This document shows positions 9,164 to 13,796 of a stretch of 13,796 nt of DNA, one piece after another; the stretch's first letter is position 1, and the number at the start of each line of letters is the position of its first letter. The translations under genes were made by a program, and so were the position numbers. This stretch comes from Andalucia godoyi And28 (taxonomy: Eukaryota > Protista > Jakobida), in NCBI GenBank assembly GCA_009859145.1, contig VRVR01000005.1, positions 1 through 13,796 of the forward strand, given 5' to 3'. The notes under the pieces were generated by a model, which was not told where the DNA came from, ran no database searches, and saw only the letters and a list, made by a program, of their open reading frames with translations.

Positions 9164-9778
9164 ATGGCATCCTCTTCGACCTCCAAGCACATCCGCTGGG
9201 ATGAACACAATCTGGACGTCAATGAATCGGAAAAGGTGCCGCGGATGAAGATCGACGAGCCGAAGACTCCGTATGTCGTGTATGACACAAGCACAGATGA
9301 AGAAGTCCAAAAGGCTCTCGGCGAGTCTTCTGTTCCCGATGCACCGAAAGGACAAACAATTATTTCGCCTTCGGACTCGTCGGTCCTGATGATTTCCCCG
9401 CATGGCCACGCAGAACGCATGGAGGTCGATGTTGGTGAAAAGGTCGATCTCGATGCGGTGAGCTCAAAGCTAATGAGCTCAGATTCAAAACGAAGGAGAA
9501 GGCGCAGAGTCCGCATTTCGCCTCACAGTGGGGAAGAGAACGATGGCGGCCATGGTGAATGGGATACCACGTCATCGGAGGGCGATCTTGACGCAGATCG
9601 TATGGACGACGTCGACGGAGAGCCAGACAGCGAGATGGACCATGGCGCGTTTGTTGAAAAGCGCAAGAAACATTACAACGAGTTTGAAATGCTCAAACAG
9701 TGGAAACAGCAGCATGAACAGGACGACGACGAGGATGCCCTAACTCCAGCCTCCGCCCCAACTGCATCTGCATTTTGA
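9164..9778 (+). CDS. PPP1R2: Protein phosphatase 1 inhibitor-2 (IPP-2/Glc8 family)
   Basis: 204 aa, acidic, start context caaATGG. All three family motifs in order: KHIRWDEHNL (RVxF-like), MKIDEPKTPY (phospho-Thr site) and FVEKRKKHYNEF (catalytic-site helix). Confidence 0.93.
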   Translation: MASSSTSKHIRWDEHNLDVNESEKVPRMKIDEPKTPYVVYDTSTDEEVQKALGESSVPDAPKGQTIISPSDSSVLMISPHGHAERMEVDVGEKVDLDAVSSKLMSSDSKRRRRRRVRISPHSGEENDGGHGEWDTTSSEGDLDADRMDDVDGEPDSEMDHGAFVEKRKKHYNEFEMLKQWKQQHEQDDDEDALTPASAPTASAF

Positions 9779-9883
9779 GCAACATGATCTACGTGCACCG
9801 CAACGCCTTTCAGAGATTAAAGTACTTTCGGTACCAATCGTATATTGCCCCTTTTTTTCCTTTTTGCAAATTGCACACCCCTT

Positions 9884-9896
9884 CCCCCCCCCCCCC
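9884..9896 (+). repeat. Poly(C)13 tract
   Basis: 13 consecutive C about 105 nt downstream of the IPP-2 stop. Confidence 0.9.
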
Positions 9897-10132
9897 GCCG
9901 ACAACAGCGTGCATCAACTTTTCTGCTGTTATACTTTCTGTCTGGCAGCAATCGATCGCCAAAACATGAATCATGATTGATCACCGGGCTAAGCTGTCAT
10001 TGAGGGCTTGATTATGAAAAACACAAAACAGAAAATCATAGGAAAAAACAGGAAAAAGTTAAGAATGACAGAATTCTAGACTGGACTACGGTAAGAAAAT
10101 CGTATTGTTTTGATGTTCAATGTTTGACATAC

Positions 10133-10150
10133 AAAACGGTCAGCCGTTTT
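10133..10150. promoter_or_regulatory. Perfect inverted repeat AAAACGG-TCAG-CCGTTTT (dyad of Myb-type AACGG cores)
   Basis: The 7-bp arms are seen directly, about 180 nt upstream of the XRRA1-like ATG. A regulatory role is inferred only. Confidence 0.35.
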
Positions 10151-10329
10151 CGTCTGGTCTTTCTTCTGTTTGATCTCCGGAGCTGTGTTTCTTCTTTAAT
10201 TATTTATTGCCGTAATAATTTGATTTTTTTTTAAATTATATTTTCAATTCTGGGGGGATATTCGCTTTGCATTTTCCTTTTCGTTTTCTTCGTCGTCGTC
10301 GCCGTCTCCGTCGTGGTTGTTGTTGACGT

Positions 10330-11799
10330 ATGCTGAGGCCGGATTATGTCCCCCGGCCGGGCCCGGTTCCATCACGGACGCTTGGTGCGCGGCAACAGTT
10401 TGATTTCAGAGTTCTTCGAAGCAGGACGCCGACGGATCCGATCCCTCGACTACCAGTCCGGAAGTCTGCGCCGACGGTTCGGTGTTTGAATGCACAGACA
10501 GGGTCGCTGGTGAACCATCCTTCGCCGTACCGTTCACGCTCCCGTATTTTGGCATTGAATCCAAGACAGGCGGCGATGCATGCCCACCAAGAAAAAAAGA
10601 TTGATCTTGACGGGTTCTTGCTGTTGGAAGCTTCTCATGCAGAAGATCCAGAGGATGCAACAGAGGCAGTGCTTAATAATCGAAAACTTCACGGAGCCAT
10701 CACGGAAGATTTGTCATATTTTACAAAACTCCGGTACCTGGATGTTGGGGAAAATAACATGTCGTTCTCGGCGTTTGCGCCGCTTGCTGCTCTCGAGGAG
10801 CTGCACATGCACTGCAATGCTCTGCGCATCATAGATCCTTCTCCGGGCTCTTTTCAAAATCTCCAAACGCTGAATGTATCTTATAACCTTTTAACCTCCA
10901 CATGCTTGGAGAGACTAACTTGCTTGCCAGCTCTTCGGTTTTTGGACCTTTCTTGCAATGATCTGCGTGACGAAGATTTTCCGCCAGATCTGTCTGGCCT
11001 GCGATTGCTCGAATGCCTTGCTCTTGAAAAGAACAATCTCTCCGCACATGAAGAGGTTTTCTCGTCTCTTGCGTCGATTCCGTGCCTTCGCGAACTGAAT
11101 GTGAATTATAACCAGTTTAAACAGGTTCCGCGTCTGCAGTTCCCTTTCGAGCGGTTGGAAGTGCTATCGATCGCCAACAATCAAATATCGACATACGAGA
11201 GCCTGCTATCGTGCCTGGACTGTCCATCGATGAAAACAGTGATTGCGCATGGGAATCCAATCGACGTGTTCTCTGCAGACAAGCAAGCGTTGGTGGAAGA
11301 CTTTGCGGACAACGGGATGTTGATCGTCTTTGAGTCAACAGACCTGCTCCCGAAAAAGCCGCCTGTTGGAGTATTCTACCAGGCAAACACAACCAAGCTT
11401 GCGCGCGTGCAGACGACCTTGCCATTTATCAAGCGACGAAACCCGCGAAGAAAGCAAGAGAAGGCACAAGTGCTGGAGATTCTGGATGATGATCAGATGG
11501 ATTACGACAACCAAACTGAAGATGGAGACGAGTACGATCACACCAGTGGTGGGGCCGCAGACAGCAGCACGTTCTTCATTACAGGTGGAGGAAACGAAGG
11601 ACACATCAAGGACGAAACTGGATCCGTGTTATCGATGTCTTCCGACGAAGCCGAAGCCAGTCTTCCGACCCAGGCGTTCAACAAAAAATCTACGGCCCAT
11701 CAGCGAGCGAAAGTTACGCAGCCAAAATCCCATGGACTGCAATCCGCATTGCATGCGCTAAAGTATGCGCTGGAACATCCACCCACAGGATATGATTGA
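10330..11799 (+). CDS. XRRA1: Leucine-rich repeat protein, XRRA1-like
   Basis: 489 aa. LRRs such as LRYLDVGENNM, LEELHMHCNAL, LQTLNVSYNLL, LRFLDLSCNDL, LECLALEKNNL, LRELNVNYNQF and LEVLSIANNQI. LDGFLLL, ENNMSFSAFAPLAALEEL and FSSLASIPCLRELNVNYNQFKQVP parallel XRRA1 (LDQAFLL, ENLLPLEAFHTFPALKEL, FASLAGLRRLKKLSLDENRIIRIP). Acidic disordered C-tail. Confidence 0.75.
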   Translation: MLRPDYVPRPGPVPSRTLGARQQFDFRVLRSRTPTDPIPRLPVRKSAPTVRCLNAQTGSLVNHPSPYRSRSRILALNPRQAAMHAHQEKKIDLDGFLLLEASHAEDPEDATEAVLNNRKLHGAITEDLSYFTKLRYLDVGENNMSFSAFAPLAALEELHMHCNALRIIDPSPGSFQNLQTLNVSYNLLTSTCLERLTCLPALRFLDLSCNDLRDEDFPPDLSGLRLLECLALEKNNLSAHEEVFSSLASIPCLRELNVNYNQFKQVPRLQFPFERLEVLSIANNQISTYESLLSCLDCPSMKTVIAHGNPIDVFSADKQALVEDFADNGMLIVFESTDLLPKKPPVGVFYQANTTKLARVQTTLPFIKRRNPRRKQEKAQVLEILDDDQMDYDNQTEDGDEYDHTSGGAADSSTFFITGGGNEGHIKDETGSVLSMSSDEAEASLPTQAFNKKSTAHQRAKVTQPKSHGLQSALHALKYALEHPPTGYD

Positions 11800-11862
11800 A
11801 AATTACTCGTAGCGGCATATGATGACAATGCCAATGTAAATAAGAAGGGGAGGAGAGAAAAG

Positions 11863-13137
11863 TTATTGAAGAGATACGGCATCGGTGAGCTGAATCAGTG
11901 GCAAGATACCGACAGCAGCAATGAACACAACCAGCAGCCCCACCAGCACGGTGGTTGCAGGTTGAATGATTCCCAGCATTGCCTTCACTCGAGCCACGTA
12001 CTGTCGGGTAACAGCCTGGGAAACGTATCGCAACCCTTCCTGCACAACAGAGTGCTTCCTTGACACAAAACACGCTTGCAAATACGCAATCTCGTACGGA
12101 GAAAACACGTGCTTCTGCGTCAGAAGATACCCGAATACTTCTTCAGGAGTGCCTCCACTCCTTGCCTTTGCGGCCATGGATTCGAGCATCTGTTGCAGCA
12201 CCACGTTTCCGGTCAAATTCACACACGACAGAATCAGCTTTGAAGAAACGTGGTCCTTGTCCAGAAGCGAGAGCATGTGCAGCACAGTGGCTTTGTCCCG
12301 CAGCAGCGCAAGATGCGAGAGTGGTGTATGAAGACGAAGATAATGCAACTTCAACCACGTCCTGAACGGCAGGTAGTGGCTCGATAGTGCTTGAGGAACC
12401 AGGTACAGAAGAGCAAGCCAGTAGTAATCCACTCGGTGGATCAGAGTGTGAATCAGGCGGAGAAACGGAGGTACGGCCAAGTTCAGTGCCTCGAACTGCT
12501 GGATGTTTCGAGGAAGGATGGTCGTGACAAGAACCACGATCGCCGCAATCGCCAAAAACATCATTAAAGCAGGATATGCAAGAGAAGAATAGAGCTCATT
12601 TCGAAGCCTGATGTCCTGGGCAAACCGCTGTGCTGCAAAAGACAGTACTTTATCGAAATCACCGATCGCTCGGCCAAGCACCAGGCAAGAGTAATACCAC
12701 GCGGGGAGGAACACCTTCACTTTTGCAAGCATTGTTATGAAGGTTGCGTAATCGGCGCCACCCAGTGCAGATCGCGGGATCTTCAACTGTGACAAGAACG
12801 GGAGCAAATCAGAGGTCGCGCTGGAGGATCGCATCATGACGTCAAAGATGGACACTGTATTGGCGGTTGCCGGAGCCGAATTGACAAGAAACAAAATATT
12901 GTTGAAAGCCTGCAGTGATTCATCCGAGAGAGCCCCTTTACCATGGACCGATCTGACTATTTTCCAGAGAAACGACGATGACGACCGACTGTCGGCTATT
13001 TGGTCATGATCGATGCTGCTGCTGGCACCTGTCATGGACGGTGCCTGTCCCACAGACGGCACGTTCAGGTGTCGAACCAACCGATAGACACGCCTCAGAT
13101 GGACAGATCCGCGTGACGCCATAGAATGGATTGTCAT
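11863..13137 (-). CDS. gspF: GspF/PilC (T2SSF family) inner-membrane platform protein homologue with putative mitochondrial presequence
   Basis: The track start at 13161 is TTG; ATGs are at 13137 and 13122. Bacterial GspF layout: domain 1 FLPAWYYSCLVLGRAIGDFDKVL..RLRNELYSSLAYP, TM1 ending ILP..F..L...VP, YYW plus TM2, domain 2 GNVVLQQML..ARSGGT..VFSP, then IIQP plus TM3 ending LPLIQL. Confidence 0.88.
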   Translation of the reverse strand: MTIHSMASRGSVHLRRVYRLVRHLNVPSVGQAPSMTGASSSIDHDQIADSRSSSSFLWKIVRSVHGKGALSDESLQAFNNILFLVNSAPATANTVSIFDVMMRSSSATSDLLPFLSQLKIPRSALGGADYATFITMLAKVKVFLPAWYYSCLVLGRAIGDFDKVLSFAAQRFAQDIRLRNELYSSLAYPALMMFLAIAAIVVLVTTILPRNIQQFEALNLAVPPFLRLIHTLIHRVDYYWLALLYLVPQALSSHYLPFRTWLKLHYLRLHTPLSHLALLRDKATVLHMLSLLDKDHVSSKLILSCVNLTGNVVLQQMLESMAAKARSGGTPEEVFGYLLTQKHVFSPYEIAYLQACFVSRKHSVVQEGLRYVSQAVTRQYVARVKAMLGIIQPATTVLVGLLVVFIAAVGILPLIQLTDAVSLQ

Positions 13138-13392
13138 GTATCCCGCGGTCGCTTGATGCAATTCAAATTACGTGGACAATGGTGTGTGTTTCCACACCTT
13201 CAATCTGACTCCGTCTTCTCGGGCGTGTTTGGACAGGATGCCGATCCCCTTACCGTTGAATAATGACACGACATTGTCATATATACGGGAGGAAGTATAC
13301 ATAAACAGACACGGTCAATACTGACCGACACTAGCACGTTTTGTTTCACAGGGAATTCGTGTTTACGCACGCTCGGCCAAAATTCAGTCTGG

Positions 13393-13420
13393 TTTTTGGT
13401 TTCACTTTTTTGGTTTCACT
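13393..13420 (+). repeat. Perfect 14-bp tandem duplication (TTTTTGGTTTCACT x2)
   Basis: 13393-13406 is identical to 13407-13420 and is followed by TTTT. Confidence 0.92.
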
Positions 13421-13452
13421 TTTTATTCAAATGTGGGCGTAAGTGCGCTGGG

Positions 13453-13796
13453 ATGACGCATTCGCCTACGCCTACGCCGCTCGATACAGGGCCTCCTAAG
13501 TCCCGGAGACCTACTAAGAGACCACGTGTCACTACGCCTGCCGTCTCTTCCTACTCTCGTATCTCCAGCTGCATCAATCGCGCTATAACTGAGGACACGA
13601 AAGCGCCTGCTGCTAGGGCCGTCAGAATCAAAATGCACCCTTCTCAGGAACAACGTGTCACGCTGAGAAAGTGGCTCACCGATTGATCGAGATTGGGAAC
13701 GGAGCGCGGAACATTTATCTGAAGAACGCAGAGAGGCGTGTTGGAGCCTATCCCTTTCCCGGCAACGGGATGCAAGATTGAATATGCATGTCTACT
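13453..13796 (+). pseudogene. Possible degenerate TnpB/Fanzor (IS200/IS605/IS607 OrfB-like) N-terminal fragment
   Basis: ATG ORF 13453-13686 (77 aa) ends RAVRIKMHPSQEQRVTLRKWL, resembling the HTH_OrfB_IS605 pattern (RLYPTxEQxxxLxxW). After an in-frame TGA the same frame reads LGTERGTF, resembling (F)GxxRxxYN. A second stop follows, and no RuvC domain is visible in the window. Confidence 0.45.

Noticed and set aside
11863-13161. Bacterial contaminant or T2SS/T4P operon
   Set aside because: The gene is alone, flanked 63 nt away by a eukaryotic LRR gene, shows no obvious compositional break and has a presequence-like leader. Misassembly cannot be formally excluded without reads.
3-13233. 9-bp inverted match GTCCAAACA (3-11) and TGTTTGGAC (13225-13233) as terminal inverted repeats
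   Set aside because: Too short over 13 kb and expected by chance; the enclosed genes are ordinary host genes and no transposase is present.
13396-13452. Track start (TTG) extending the last ORF to 96 aa
   Set aside because: Non-ATG start running through the tandem repeat; ATG 13453 is preferred. TTG starts at 5666, 8006 and 13161 were rejected for the same reason.
1-13796. CRISPR array, tRNA or rRNA genes
   Set aside because: No repeat-spacer periodicity, cloverleaf or rRNA-like segment was seen; almost all of the sequence is explained by CDSs and short spacers.

Overview
Compact, apparently intron-free eukaryotic (protist-like) nuclear DNA with roughly balanced GC in coding regions and short AT-rich spacers containing homopolymer runs. 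Seven long ORFs are supported, left to right: a very large IQ-motif array protein with a TPR-like N-terminus (minus), an STK19 homologue (plus), a four-TM claudin-like membrane protein (minus), a TXNDC17/TRP14 thioredoxin (plus), protein phosphatase 1 inhibitor-2 (plus), an XRRA1-like LRR protein (plus), and a stand-alone homologue of the bacterial type II secretion/type IV pilus platform protein GspF/PilC (minus). The GspF homologue has an N-terminus resembling a mitochondrial presequence. It fits the mitochondrial T2SS-derived apparatus (miT2SS) reported in a few protist lineages and suggests a jakobid-like host (inference). The right end carries a short, stop-interrupted ORF resembling the N-terminal HTH region of TnpB/Fanzor, preceded by small hairpins and a tandem duplication; it may be a decayed RNA-guided-nuclease transposon cut off by the window edge. 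All family calls are from motif recognition, not database searches.
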